A stretch of 64,000 nt of DNA from contig CAYWUX010000001.1 in NCBI GenBank assembly GCA_964461525.1, positions 4,889 through 68,888 on the forward strand. The letters are read 5' to 3'. Numbering within the stretch: the first letter of the stretch is position 1; the number at the start of each line of letters is the position of its first letter. The notes under the pieces were generated by a model. The model had not been told where the DNA came from, searched no databases, and saw only the letters and a list, made by a program, of their open reading frames with translations. The stretch comes from an uncultured Hyphomicrobiaceae bacterium (GTDB lineage: Bacteria > Pseudomonadota > Alphaproteobacteria > Rhizobiales > CAYWUX01). Shown here one piece after another: positions 20,436 through 30,695 of the stretch. The position numbers were made by a program, and so were the translations under genes.

Positions 20436-21014
20436 CTAAATAGCCTTCATAACGCTATTGACCATCTGATCCAATTGATAGCGTTCAGTGGCAATCCGCC
20501 CGAAAGAACGCAGCCCCATTTGGCTCATTGCCAAATAGCTGCCGATTTCTTCAGCATTGCTGTCAGCGGAAAATTCCCCCCGGCGCTGGCCTTCTCTCAC
20601 TGTATTCGTGAAGGCGTCTGTAATCCGGGAGACTCCCCGCTCAATATGCTTGGCTGCCTCAGGATCATGCGGGAGCACCTCAATAGCGCTGTTATGCAAA
20701 AGACATCCTCGGCGGTCTCCATGCTCCATAATATCTTCAACGATGCCCTCAAATGCCTTACGAATCCCGTCCTTGGCGCTAAACGAACTTGACAATCGCT
20801 GCGTCAACCGGTCTTCGGCTTTCTTTGAGTAGTGGTCGATCGCGGCCAGGAACAGTTCGTGTTTGGTGCCAAAACTGTTGTAAAGACTCGACTTTGAAAG
20901 ATTCATTGCTTTCAGCAGATCCATTAACGATGCCGCCTCATAACCTTTCTCCCGAAATGTTTCGACTGCGCTATCCAATGCCACCACTTCATCGAATTCT
21001 CGCGGGCGTGCCAT
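20436..21014 (-). CDS. TetR/AcrR family transcriptional regulator
   Basis: 192 aa with the N-terminal HTH ASLMDLLKAMNLSKSSLYNSFGTKHELF. Confidence 0.88.
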   Translation of the reverse strand: MARPREFDEVVALDSAVETFREKGYEAASLMDLLKAMNLSKSSLYNSFGTKHELFLAAIDHYSKKAEDRLTQRLSSSFSAKDGIRKAFEGIVEDIMEHGDRRGCLLHNSAIEVLPHDPEAAKHIERGVSRITDAFTNTVREGQRRGEFSADSNAEEIGSYLAMSQMGLRSFGRIATERYQLDQMVNSVMKAI

Positions 21015-21047
21015 GATAATCTCTCCTGACTTTTAGCTACTGATTAA

Positions 21048-21111
21048 ATGATCGACCTTTGATGTCTGCTGACCACTTGCCATTAATATAGTGATTCGAT
21101 CATCAGTGGTC
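21048..21111. promoter_or_regulatory. interleaved inverted repeats just upstream of the TetR gene (candidate operators)
   Basis: atgatcga (21048-21055) pairs with tcgatcat (21096-21103). gaccact (21071-21077) pairs with agtggtc (21105-21111). The order is A-B-A'-B', 34-97 nt upstream of the TetR ATG. Confidence 0.3.
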
Positions 21112-21481
21112 CAAAAACATTTTATGTCAAATTGCGCGATGTACGCGCAAGTGGCGAATTTAAGCGGAGTGGGGGCGGTCGAAACTAAAAATACTAAATT
21201 TTATCGAATAAATTAAAAATAGATTTACGATTCTCAATTCTATCTAAATAATTTTTCCGTATTAATTTTCTTTATTTCAAATAAAAATCAGGAATATCAT
21301 AATAATATATATTCTAAGCTGTTAATAAATTCGGTTCACACAGTTATTTACCCAGATATACTGAGTGCAACTTTCTGGCGTCCGACAACCCAATATTGCA
21401 GCCAAAATGTCGCATTCTTCCAGATTTACATGTGCATTTCGAATGTAAACAGACATTTTTTGTGACATCAGAAAATCAAAC

Positions 21482-23083
21482 CTAATGGGCGGAAGCGTGA
21501 TCGCGAAAAAGTTTGTAATTAATTGAATCAATGAGGGCTTCGAATGAGGCATCGACGATATTCGGAGAAACCCCAACAGTGAACCATCGATTACGGTCCC
21601 GGTCCATACTTTCCACCAGAACCCGGGTTATTGCATCGGTTCCCCCAGTCAGAATTCGCACCTTATAGTCAACGAGTTCAATATCCTCAATATATTCCTG
21701 AAACCTGCCAAGATCCTTTCTGAGCGCCATATCAAGGGCGTTGATCGGTCCGTTGCCTTCCCCGACAGACATCACAACTTCATCATCCACATTAACCTTG
21801 ACTGTAGCTTCAGACACCGTTACCAGCTCTCCAACAGCATTGTGCCGACGTTCGACAAGTACTCTGAAACTGTCGACGTCAAAAAATTTGGGAACGCTTC
21901 CCAACATGCGGCGAGCCATCAGTTCGAAGGATGCATCCGCCCCTTCATAAGCATAGCCCAGTGCTTGACGTTGTTTCACTTCCTCCAAAAGGCGGTCAAT
22001 TCCCGGGTCATTTTTGGCTACATCAATGTTGAAGCGTTCAAGTTCCGACAAGATATTAGAACGACCTGCCTGTTCGGATACATGGACCTTCCGTCGATTG
22101 CCGACGGCTTCCGGATCCACATGCTCATAGGTTTTGGGATCCTTGAGAATGGCTGAGGCGTGAATACCTGCTTTGGTGGCAAACGCCGCAGCTCCAACAT
22201 ACGGAGCATAAAGATCGGGTGTCCGGTTGAGAACCTCATCAAGGACACGGGAAATGTGGGTTATCTGCCGTAACTTTTCTGGGGTCACACCGATTTCAAA
22301 TCTGTCTGCATATTCCGACTTTAACAAAAGAGTCGGGATCAGGGAAATAAGATTCGCATTTCCGCAACGTTCGCCAAGTCCGTTCAGTGTACCCTGTAAC
22401 TGACGGGCGCCCGCTCTAAGTGCTGCCAGCGTATTCGCTACGGCATTTTCCGTATCATTGTGCGCATGTATCCCGAGATGATCTCCGGGTATCACCTTGG
22501 CAACTTCGGTAACGATGGTTTCAATCTCTTCGGGCAAGGTTCCGCCGTTGGTATCACAAAGTATGACCCAGCGCGCGCCCGCATCATAGGCGGATCTGGC
22601 ACAGTCGAGAGCATATTCGGGATTGGACTTGTACCCGTCAAAAAAGTGCTCGCAATCGAGCATGGGTTCCCGGCCATGGTCCTTGATGGCGACTATGGAT
22701 TGACTTATCGATTCCAGATTTTCATCGTTGGCAATCTGCAATGCAACCCGGACGTGATAGTCCCAGCTTTTTGCGACACAGCAAATCGCATCTGCCTCCG
22801 ATTGCAGGATTGCCCGGAATCCCGGGTCATTAGACACAGAACGGCCGGCACGTTTTGTCATGCCAAAGGCGGTAAATGTTGCGTTTTTATATTGGCGTCG
22901 ACGTGAAAACAAATCGGTATCCGTCGGGTTAGCACCGGGATAGCCACCTTCAATATAGTCGATACCCAGACTATCCAGCGACCGGGCAATCAGGATCTTG
23001 TCCTCAACAGAGAAGTCAACCCCATGAGCCTGCGCTCCATCACGCAGGGTCGTATCAAACAAGTAAACCCGTTCCTTGGTCAT
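21482..23083 (-). CDS. cimA: citramalate synthase / 2-isopropylmalate synthase family (CimA-type)
   Basis: The N-terminus MTKERVYLFDTTLRDGAQ and the HAHNDTENAVANTLAAL metal site are present, with a long C-terminal regulatory domain. I prefer the ATG at 23083, which has a GGGAG Shine-Dalgarno 6 nt upstream, over the TTG at 23101. Confidence 0.85.
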   Translation of the reverse strand: MTKERVYLFDTTLRDGAQAHGVDFSVEDKILIARSLDSLGIDYIEGGYPGANPTDTDLFSRRRQYKNATFTAFGMTKRAGRSVSNDPGFRAILQSEADAICCVAKSWDYHVRVALQIANDENLESISQSIVAIKDHGREPMLDCEHFFDGYKSNPEYALDCARSAYDAGARWVILCDTNGGTLPEEIETIVTEVAKVIPGDHLGIHAHNDTENAVANTLAALRAGARQLQGTLNGLGERCGNANLISLIPTLLLKSEYADRFEIGVTPEKLRQITHISRVLDEVLNRTPDLYAPYVGAAAFATKAGIHASAILKDPKTYEHVDPEAVGNRRKVHVSEQAGRSNILSELERFNIDVAKNDPGIDRLLEEVKQRQALGYAYEGADASFELMARRMLGSVPKFFDVDSFRVLVERRHNAVGELVTVSEATVKVNVDDEVVMSVGEGNGPINALDMALRKDLGRFQEYIEDIELVDYKVRILTGGTDAITRVLVESMDRDRNRWFTVGVSPNIVDASFEALIDSINYKLFRDHASAH

Positions 23084-23144
23084 CTTAACTCCCGGTGGCA
23101 ATATTGATTATTTGCTCCATACCATCTCACAAACCCTACAGTAT

Positions 23145-24503
23145 TCAGGGTTTCAGTTCCCACGTCGTTCCATCTGCGCCATCCTTGATAGTCACACCCA
23201 TCTTGTTAAGAACGTCGCGAATTCGATCCGCATCATCCCAATCTTTATTTTCCCGTGCGATTTCCCGGGCCGCGATCAGCTTTTCGATTTCCTGCTCATC
23301 GATCTCTCTCCCTGCAGGCCGCCACGAGGCCCAGGTTTCAGCTGTCTGACAGAGAATACCAAGAAAAATTCCACATGCCTTTAAAGCACCCGCAGCTTTT
23401 TGATCACCACCGGCATACCGGTTTTTCAACTGATGCATTGCGGCAATCGCTTTTGGCGTATTGAGGTCGTCACTGAGAACTTCAACAAAGTTTTCCGGCA
23501 GTATCTTATCGGCTTCGCAGTCAGCGCATATACTGTACCACTGGTCCAGCGTTCTGCGTGCCTCAAGAAGTGATTTGGTGGTCCAGTTTATGGGCTGGCG
23601 ATAATGTGTGATCAGCATTGCCAATCTGACGGCCTCACCGGGAGCCTTCTTCAGAACATCGTGAATGGTAATAAAATTGCCGAGAGATTTTGACATCTTC
23701 TGACCTTCAACCTGAAGGTAACCATTATGCATCCAGACCTGGGCCATAATGTCAGTTGCATGGGCAGAACAGCTTTGCGCAATTTCATTTTCGTGATGAG
23801 GAAACACAAGATCTATACCGCCACCATGTATGTCAAACGTATTACCCAGATGGACTGCGGACATCGCCGAACACTCGACATGCCATCCTGGCCGTCCCCA
23901 GCCCCACGGGCTTTCCCAACCCGGCTCCTCCCCTGAAGATGGTTTCCAAAGCACGAAATCCATCGGATTTTTCTTGTAAGGCGCAACTTCTACCCGGGCA
24001 CCGGCAATCATTTCATCAACGGAACGCCCGGACAGTTGGCCATATTTCTTCATCGACGACACATCAAACAACACATGTCCTTCTTCTGCATAGGCAAACT
24101 TGTTTTCTACAAGCGTTTCAATGAGCGCAATCATCTGGGGTATATGTTCGGTTGCCCTGGGCTCAATGTCGGGCCTGAGCGCCCCGAGCATATCAACATC
24201 TTCGTGAAATTGCGCCAGTGTCGAGTTTGTAAGTTCCCGGATCGAAATCTTTTCCTCAGTCGCGCGGGCATTTATCTTGTCATCGACGTCGGTAATGTTT
24301 CGTACATAAGTCACATGCTCGGGCCCATAGATATGACGCAATAGCCGGTAAAGCACGTCAAATACGAGTATCGGCCTCGCATTTCCAATATGAGCAAAGT
24401 CATAAACCGTGGGGCCGCAAACATACATTCTAACATTCGAACTATCGAATGGGACAAATTCTGACTTCTCGCGGGTAAGAGTATTATAGAGTGTGATTGT
24501 CAC
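23145..24503 (-). CDS. cysS: cysteine--tRNA ligase
   Basis: 452 aa with the class I motifs HIGNARP (HIGH) and KMSKSLGN (KMSKS). Confidence 0.95.
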   Translation of the reverse strand: MTITLYNTLTREKSEFVPFDSSNVRMYVCGPTVYDFAHIGNARPILVFDVLYRLLRHIYGPEHVTYVRNITDVDDKINARATEEKISIRELTNSTLAQFHEDVDMLGALRPDIEPRATEHIPQMIALIETLVENKFAYAEEGHVLFDVSSMKKYGQLSGRSVDEMIAGARVEVAPYKKNPMDFVLWKPSSGEEPGWESPWGWGRPGWHVECSAMSAVHLGNTFDIHGGGIDLVFPHHENEIAQSCSAHATDIMAQVWMHNGYLQVEGQKMSKSLGNFITIHDVLKKAPGEAVRLAMLITHYRQPINWTTKSLLEARRTLDQWYSICADCEADKILPENFVEVLSDDLNTPKAIAAMHQLKNRYAGGDQKAAGALKACGIFLGILCQTAETWASWRPAGREIDEQEIEKLIAAREIARENKDWDDADRIRDVLNKMGVTIKDGADGTTWELKP

Positions 24504-25092
24504 AAATGTCTCTTTCCTGCCATTTGGCGGGGCCTCAAACTCTAGCTCGAAAATTTGAATAGATGGCCTCGCCAGTAAATTCTAAACCGTAATAGCGAAT
24601 TGCGGGATTTCATTACTCGAGCAAATATTAGCCGGACAAACATTAATTGTCTGTTTGCATGCCATGAGAACCATGGAGCCGTTTATGGGGGCTTTTCCGC
24701 CACCCGTCAACTCAAAGAGTTCTGCTACGAGCGTCAAAATGCACGGTTTAGATACCTTTTATGAAGTAAATTCTGAATAAATTCAGGCAAACCTGCCTGT
24801 AGCAATGAGTTGTTAGGAAATTATTGAAATTCGTTCATAAATTGATAGGTGATTCAAACTAAGGTTTGGCAATGAAACAACTTGACTATCGAGCCCGAAC
24901 CGACGATACACCCGATTAAATCAAAATTGCGCCTCAATGTTACCATATTTTAGAGTGGCCAGAATTTTAATCTATGACGACCGAAATCGTGAATTACTGG
25001 CTGCACCAAATTGAGATATTCAAATCCGTTTGGCATTAGGTCTGAGTATAACTTTTAAACCAACAATTTAATGGGATATATAAAATAGGCCG

Positions 25093-26067
25093 ATGGGTGC
25101 GACTAAAAGAAAATCCGGGAACAACTCGTTAGTTCAGCTTGCCAGAACGGCGTTCATTTCGGTGTTAACGATCGCAATATTAGTTCCGGCGGCAGCGCAA
25201 GCTCCATTTTCCCAGCGAGAGCAGTATTGTTTTGAGCTGGAACGACAACTTGCCCGGGACTGGAGCCCAAAATCCCAAGCGCGGGAACAGATCCCGCAAC
25301 TGAAAGAAGAAATCCGAAACTATGACAGGATCTATCACAAGGCGCGTTTACATGCAGACCGGTTAAACTGCTATCAAAGCAATTTTCTATTCGGAACATC
25401 ATTGAGGAAGACCCAAAGCTGCATTGACATTGACAGGGAAATCAGAGAAGTCCGCCAAAAGCTCCAGCAATTGAATTCAGCCTATCAGTCTTTGGTTCAG
25501 CCAGGACGCCGCCGGGCTCGTCAGGATGAAATTATACAGGAACTTTCCAGATATAATTGTGGAGAGCAGTACGTAAGAGAAGCCCGCAAACGATCCTTCA
25601 ACAATAACCCGTTCAGTTTTTTCGGTGACTCTTTTTTCGGTACGCAGCCTCAATATACAAGGCCTCGGCATGGAGCAGAGCGCTTGCCATTTTCAACTTA
25701 TCGCACCCTGTGCGTCAGGGAATGCGACGGCTATTACTATCCTGTAAGCTTTTCAACATTCCCCAGCCAGTTTGACCGCGACGCCAATCTCTGCCAATCG
25801 CGATGTGCCGCTCCCGCACAACTTTATGTGTATCAGAACCCGGGGGAAGATGTACAACAAATGGTAACCTTGGGAGGGCAGCCCTATAGCGACCACCCTA
25901 ATGCCTGGAAGTATCGCAAGATATTCGTAAAGGGTTGTTCGTGCAAACAGACAGAATATGATCCGGTCGAAATCGAAAAAAGCGCTTCCAGAAAATCCGA
26001 ATTCGTGGATCCCGACCACCAGTCGAGCACCCGGCAATTTGCCACGAGCGAGCCAACTGACCCATAG
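25093..26067 (+). CDS. DUF2865 domain-containing exported protein
   Basis: 324 aa with a signal-like N-terminus (ISVLTIAILVPAAAQA). The Cys-rich core YRTLCVRECDGYYYPVSFSTFPSQFDRDANLCQSRCAAPAQLYVY is characteristic of DUF2865. Confidence 0.75.
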   Translation: MGATKRKSGNNSLVQLARTAFISVLTIAILVPAAAQAPFSQREQYCFELERQLARDWSPKSQAREQIPQLKEEIRNYDRIYHKARLHADRLNCYQSNFLFGTSLRKTQSCIDIDREIREVRQKLQQLNSAYQSLVQPGRRRARQDEIIQELSRYNCGEQYVREARKRSFNNNPFSFFGDSFFGTQPQYTRPRHGAERLPFSTYRTLCVRECDGYYYPVSFSTFPSQFDRDANLCQSRCAAPAQLYVYQNPGEDVQQMVTLGGQPYSDHPNAWKYRKIFVKGCSCKQTEYDPVEIEKSASRKSEFVDPDHQSSTRQFATSEPTDP

Positions 26068-26282
26068 AAGTAGATTGTGGCTTATTTGACAATGGCAAAT
26101 CACGTGGCGCTAATATTGTGATAACCTTTTAAAATAAATAGCTAATTCAATGACACAAAAGTGTGACATTGATGTTGCAGTTTAATCCCAAAATTGATGG
26201 GGGATAATCTGCAGCCGAATTTTCGACGTATTTCTAACATCTATGGGACACCAAAGCGACTTGCCGAACTGGACCAGCTATA

Positions 26283-26870
26283 ATGGATAGGTTGTCGAAA
26301 TCAGAATTTCTGAAAACTGTCACTTTCAGGCCGGTGACATTGGATGATCTTTCGTCCATACGGTATGTTCATATGACATCTTTTCGGATTCTCGGCGCGG
26401 AACATCATTCGCCAGACGAAATTCAGGCGCATGTGGATGACATGATACATGCGGACTATTTCGAGGAAATTCTCACGTGCGATTTGTATTGCGCTCAGGT
26501 TGAAGAGGAGATCGTCGGTACAGGTGGCTGGTGCCCGGCTGACGATAGCGGATCGACCGCAAGAATTCGAAAAGTCTTCGTGAGACCGTTGTTTACAAAT
26601 GTCGGTATCGGACGGACACTGGTCCAACTTGCAGAGAACCGCGCCAAAATGGCCGGCTTTGAAAATTTTTCGGTCCGAGCCAATATTAACGCCGTCTCGT
26701 TTTACGAAGGTCTGGACTTCGAAATATCCTCCTACGGAGTCATGCCGACCCGCTCTGGAATCGATTTACCCGTCGCTTTTATGCGAAAGAGGCGCAGCGA
26801 CGATCCTTCAAATAGCAAGTCAAAGAAAATGCTAACGCCGGTCTCCCGAGACGGCTGGTGGTCGCATTAA
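26283..26870 (+). CDS. GNAT family N-acetyltransferase
   Basis: 195 aa with the acetyl-CoA pocket region IRKVFVRPLFTNVGIGRTLVQLAENRA. Confidence 0.8.
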   Translation: MDRLSKSEFLKTVTFRPVTLDDLSSIRYVHMTSFRILGAEHHSPDEIQAHVDDMIHADYFEEILTCDLYCAQVEEEIVGTGGWCPADDSGSTARIRKVFVRPLFTNVGIGRTLVQLAENRAKMAGFENFSVRANINAVSFYEGLDFEISSYGVMPTRSGIDLPVAFMRKRRSDDPSNSKSKKMLTPVSRDGWWSH

Positions 26871-28058
26871 ACGCAAAATTGTCAAACCAATCAATTGTAT
26901 GATGCCGAGATGTGCGAATGCCAACCACCATCCCAGCGGCGTCTCGCCGCCGCCGAGATCCAAGAAAAACCCGAAAACCAAGGGCCCAAGAATTGCTCCC
27001 GTAAACCCAAGAGTAGAGTGCAGGGCCATTGTTGCACCACGATAACCCGGTTCAGCATTGCCGACTGCACCGGCAGTCAATGATCCGGAATCCATTATGA
27101 CTGTAATGCCATGGAGTAGACAGAAAAACACCACCACACTGTAAGAGAATTGGGCGCTCAATCCGATGGAAAAGCAGACCAGCGCGGAACCCGCCAATAC
27201 CATCGAAATGAATTTCAATCGGCCCAACCTGATTGCCGCTTCATTGCCAAAGATGCTGGAAGGTACCCCTAAAATTGTTAACAGGGCGGCAACAACCGAG
27301 GGTACCAGCAAGCTGATGTCCGCGCTATGCCTGGTTGCAGCATAAGCAAGGAATGCAACCACCCAGGTTCGCAGCCCGAACAATTCCCAACAATGGGCCG
27401 CATATCCAAGACTGTATGCAAGAGCTGCACGATTTCTGAGTACAGGTCGAAAATCAAGGAGTTTCGTTTGGGCGACATTAAGGTTCTCCTGGTCCGCCTT
27501 GGGGAGAAAAATCCATACGATAACAGCAGAGACCAATGCTGCTATCCCCGCGCCTGTAAATGAAACCGGCCAGCCGTACAATTGACCGACAAATTCGCTG
27601 AACGGATAGGAAATGGCCGCACCAAATCCAAAACTTGCGGTATAGTAAGCGCTAGCGCGGGATTGATATCTGTCATCGACATGGTCGACCAGACCTTTAA
27701 GGCCTGGCATGTAGGTTCCTGCCAGACCGGCACCTGCAATAGCGTGGAAAATAAGCGCTGTCGTAAGATTATTTGCCAGAAGTCCAAATGAGGTGCACCC
27801 CAGCATCAGCAGGGCTGACCCGACAACATAGATTCGCTTCGGATCGACACGATCCGTCAGACTGGTCAATACTGGTACACAGATGGTGTAACCGACAAAA
27901 TAAGCTGCTCCGATCCACCCTGCCTCTGTATTGTTCAATCCCCATAATGCCCTCAATTCAGTAAGCTGTGCAGCATAAACAGAAATAGACAGCATGGTCA
28001 GCAGCTGAACAAAACACATGGTTCCGATAAGCGCCCTATCGGACAGCCGTTTGCTCAT
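26832..28058 (-). CDS. MFS transporter
   Basis: About 408 aa with 12 predicted TM helices. The ATG at 28058 overlaps the nadE stop (TGATG). The track start at 28061 is a TTG one codon upstream. Confidence 0.8.
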   Translation of the reverse strand: MSKRLSDRALIGTMCFVQLLTMLSISVYAAQLTELRALWGLNNTEAGWIGAAYFVGYTICVPVLTSLTDRVDPKRIYVVGSALLMLGCTSFGLLANNLTTALIFHAIAGAGLAGTYMPGLKGLVDHVDDRYQSRASAYYTASFGFGAAISYPFSEFVGQLYGWPVSFTGAGIAALVSAVIVWIFLPKADQENLNVAQTKLLDFRPVLRNRAALAYSLGYAAHCWELFGLRTWVVAFLAYAATRHSADISLLVPSVVAALLTILGVPSSIFGNEAAIRLGRLKFISMVLAGSALVCFSIGLSAQFSYSVVVFFCLLHGITVIMDSGSLTAGAVGNAEPGYRGATMALHSTLGFTGAILGPLVFGFFLDLGGGETPLGWWLAFAHLGIIQLIGLTILRLMRPPAVSGDRR

Positions 28059-29731
28059 CAAACTTTTTCTCGGTAGCTGTTGGTGATGGGATAGCGCCTG
28101 TCTCTCCCGAAATTCTTTTCGGTAACTTTTACGCCCGGAGCAGCCTGTCGACGTTTGTACTCCGCGATGTAAAGAAGTCGCTCAATTTTTTTCACGATCT
28201 CAGCATCGTGCCCGCGAGAAATGATCTCCCGCAAAGGCATTTCCTGCTCAATCATACACTGCAATATATCATCCAGGACATCATAAGGCGGCAGCGAATC
28301 CTGATCAGTCTGATTTTCCCTGAGCTCAGCGGTGGGAGCTTTCGTGATGATATTTTCAGGAATGACCACACCTTCAGGTCCAAGGCACTGACTTGGACGC
28401 AGCATATTTCGGAATTTCGCAAGTTGGTAAACACGTGATTTATAAAGGTCTTTTATCGGATTAAATCCCCCGTTCATGTCGCCATAGAGCGTCGCATAAC
28501 CCACCGATACCTCGGATTTGTTTCCAGTTGTTACAACCATCGGACCAAATTTGTTGGAGATCGCCATTAGCAAAGTACCGCGCACCCGTGATTGTATGTT
28601 CTCTTCGGTGGTATCTTCCGGCAGATTATCGAATAAGCTGCCAAGGCTTGCCAGGAACCCCTCAACAGGGTCCGAGATCGGCACAACGTCATACCTGACA
28701 TCAAGCGCTTTTGCGCAGGACGCGGCATCATCAAGACTTTCTCCACTGGTATATCGGTAGGGTAGCATTATGCAGTGCACCCGGTCCTTGCCCAGCGCAT
28801 CGACGGCCATGGCAGCGCACAGTGCAGAATCAATTCCGCCGGAAAGGCCGAGAACAACGCCAGGAAATCCGTTCTTATTCACGTAGTCCCGAAGACCGAT
28901 GACGCAGGCGAGATAATCGGCGCATTCAGGCCCCTCAAGTGTATTTAGCTCACTTCTGGCACAACTCCATTCGTCATTGCTCCGCCGCCAGTGGCTCAAT
29001 GTCATCGCTTCATCCCAGGATGGCATTTGCAAGGCGAGGCCTCCGCGCGTGTTCAATACAAATGATGCGCCATCGAAAGCCAGCTCGTCCTGGCCGCCGA
29101 CCTGGTTCACGTAGAGCATCGGCAAACCAGTCTCAGTTACCCTGGATACGGCTTCCATCATTCGATTTTCACGCTTTCCCCTGGCATAGGGAGATCCGTT
29201 TGGGACGATCAGCAGTTCCGCTCCGGTTTCCTTCAGGCATTCGCATACGTCTTCGACCCAGATATCCTCGCAGATTGGAATTCCAAGTCGAATTCCCCTG
29301 AAATTGACGGGTCCCGGCATCGGGCCGGCTCTGAAAACCCGCTTTTCATCAAACACGCCATAATTGGGCAATATGGCTTTGTATCTGACGGCGTTGATTT
29401 CACCTCCGTCCAGCAAAACCACAGCATTATACACATTGTCGTTCTCGCGCCAGGGAACACCAACTATTAAACCCGGCCCGCCGGCAGCCGTTTCACTCGC
29501 CAGTCCTTCCACAGCATTTTTGGCCTGCTCCAGAAATGCCGGTTTTAACACCAGATCCTCCGGCGGGTATCCCGTGAGAAACAGCTCCGTGAAAACGACC
29601 AGATCGGCGCCGACATCTTGTGCCAGTTGGCGGACCTGACGAATTTTCCCCGCATTTCCAGCAATATCACCAACCGTAGGGTTGTACTGGGCAAGAGCGA
29701 TTCGCATATCATTTTCAATTTCTTTTGACAT
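28058..29731 (-). CDS. nadE: NAD+ synthase (glutamine-hydrolysing)
   Basis: 557 aa. An N-terminal CN-hydrolase domain (RIALAQYNPTVGDI...) is followed by a C-terminal synthetase domain with the PP-loop GLSGGIDSA. Confidence 0.93.
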   Translation of the reverse strand: MSKEIENDMRIALAQYNPTVGDIAGNAGKIRQVRQLAQDVGADLVVFTELFLTGYPPEDLVLKPAFLEQAKNAVEGLASETAAGGPGLIVGVPWRENDNVYNAVVLLDGGEINAVRYKAILPNYGVFDEKRVFRAGPMPGPVNFRGIRLGIPICEDIWVEDVCECLKETGAELLIVPNGSPYARGKRENRMMEAVSRVTETGLPMLYVNQVGGQDELAFDGASFVLNTRGGLALQMPSWDEAMTLSHWRRSNDEWSCARSELNTLEGPECADYLACVIGLRDYVNKNGFPGVVLGLSGGIDSALCAAMAVDALGKDRVHCIMLPYRYTSGESLDDAASCAKALDVRYDVVPISDPVEGFLASLGSLFDNLPEDTTEENIQSRVRGTLLMAISNKFGPMVVTTGNKSEVSVGYATLYGDMNGGFNPIKDLYKSRVYQLAKFRNMLRPSQCLGPEGVVIPENIITKAPTAELRENQTDQDSLPPYDVLDDILQCMIEQEMPLREIISRGHDAEIVKKIERLLYIAEYKRRQAAPGVKVTEKNFGRDRRYPITNSYREKV

Positions 29732-29845
29732 TCCACTCCCCGATCACCTGTTCAGCTGGGTTTAGAAATTGCATTAAAAAGAAGGACTTCCTATCAGTAT
29801 CCACGACCCTTCATTGGAAGCAAGACGCAGTATCGGATATTCTTT

Positions 29846-30505
29846 ATGATGCATTTTGATTCCTTTGGTCCGGGAGATTTTACGATGAGAGATTTCGCAC
29901 ATCTGGTGTATATTGTGCAACCCCGCCTTTGGCCAGTGGTGGCCCTGGTGTTCACAGCCGGCATTTTTACCGTTGCAGGACCGCTATCCGCAGAAAGTCA
30001 ACATGCCGGACGCTGGATTACGAACTATGGAAAGATGAGCCTTTATGATGCCGGCGACAATTTGATAACCGGGAACTATTTTCATAAAGGCGATCCAGCG
30101 CAGATTTATGCAGCACAAAAACATCGCCACGTCTATGAAGGTGTTTGGATACAGAAGACTTCGGAAGTATCGTGCAAGGAGCAGGCAAAAGGATCATCAC
30201 ACTGGGGACGTGTGCGCTTCCTCTTCACCGGGTTTAAATTTTTCGCACTCTGGAACTATTGCGACCGGGCGCTGGTTCGCGAGCCCAACCGACTTTGGGA
30301 GGGAATCCTGAAAGCCACATTCAAAGGTGACAGCGAAGTTCTCGTTCTAAAAGAGGACCGGCCTCCCCGCCTGAAAACTCACGAAATATTTGAAAAACTT
30401 ATAGCCAACTCAGACCGATCGGAAAGTGATATTCTACTGGATCTCAGGTCTAAAATCATTCAGCAAACCGAGCTGTTGAAATCTCTTTCGCCTTCAACAC
30501 CTTAA
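29846..30505 (+). CDS. hypothetical exported protein
   Basis: 219 aa with a hydrophobic signal-like segment (LWPVVALVFTAGIFTVAGPLSA). I recognise no family motif. The start could be the internal ATG at 29885. Confidence 0.5.
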   Translation: MMHFDSFGPGDFTMRDFAHLVYIVQPRLWPVVALVFTAGIFTVAGPLSAESQHAGRWITNYGKMSLYDAGDNLITGNYFHKGDPAQIYAAQKHRHVYEGVWIQKTSEVSCKEQAKGSSHWGRVRFLFTGFKFFALWNYCDRALVREPNRLWEGILKATFKGDSEVLVLKEDRPPRLKTHEIFEKLIANSDRSESDILLDLRSKIIQQTELLKSLSPSTP

Positions 30506-30695
30506 TAAAATCAGTTGGATAGATTTTTGAAACTTGCGTGTTTTCCGCGCCGTTTTCGATCTTGGCTAATCGGTCTTCCGTGTGGGCACCGTCAAGCAGA
30601 ATGAATTTCAACCGCATTTGTCAGCGATCGAATCGTACACACGCATTCCAGTAGTAAATTACTTCTCCAGAACTTTTTATTCGGGGCAACCCGGA

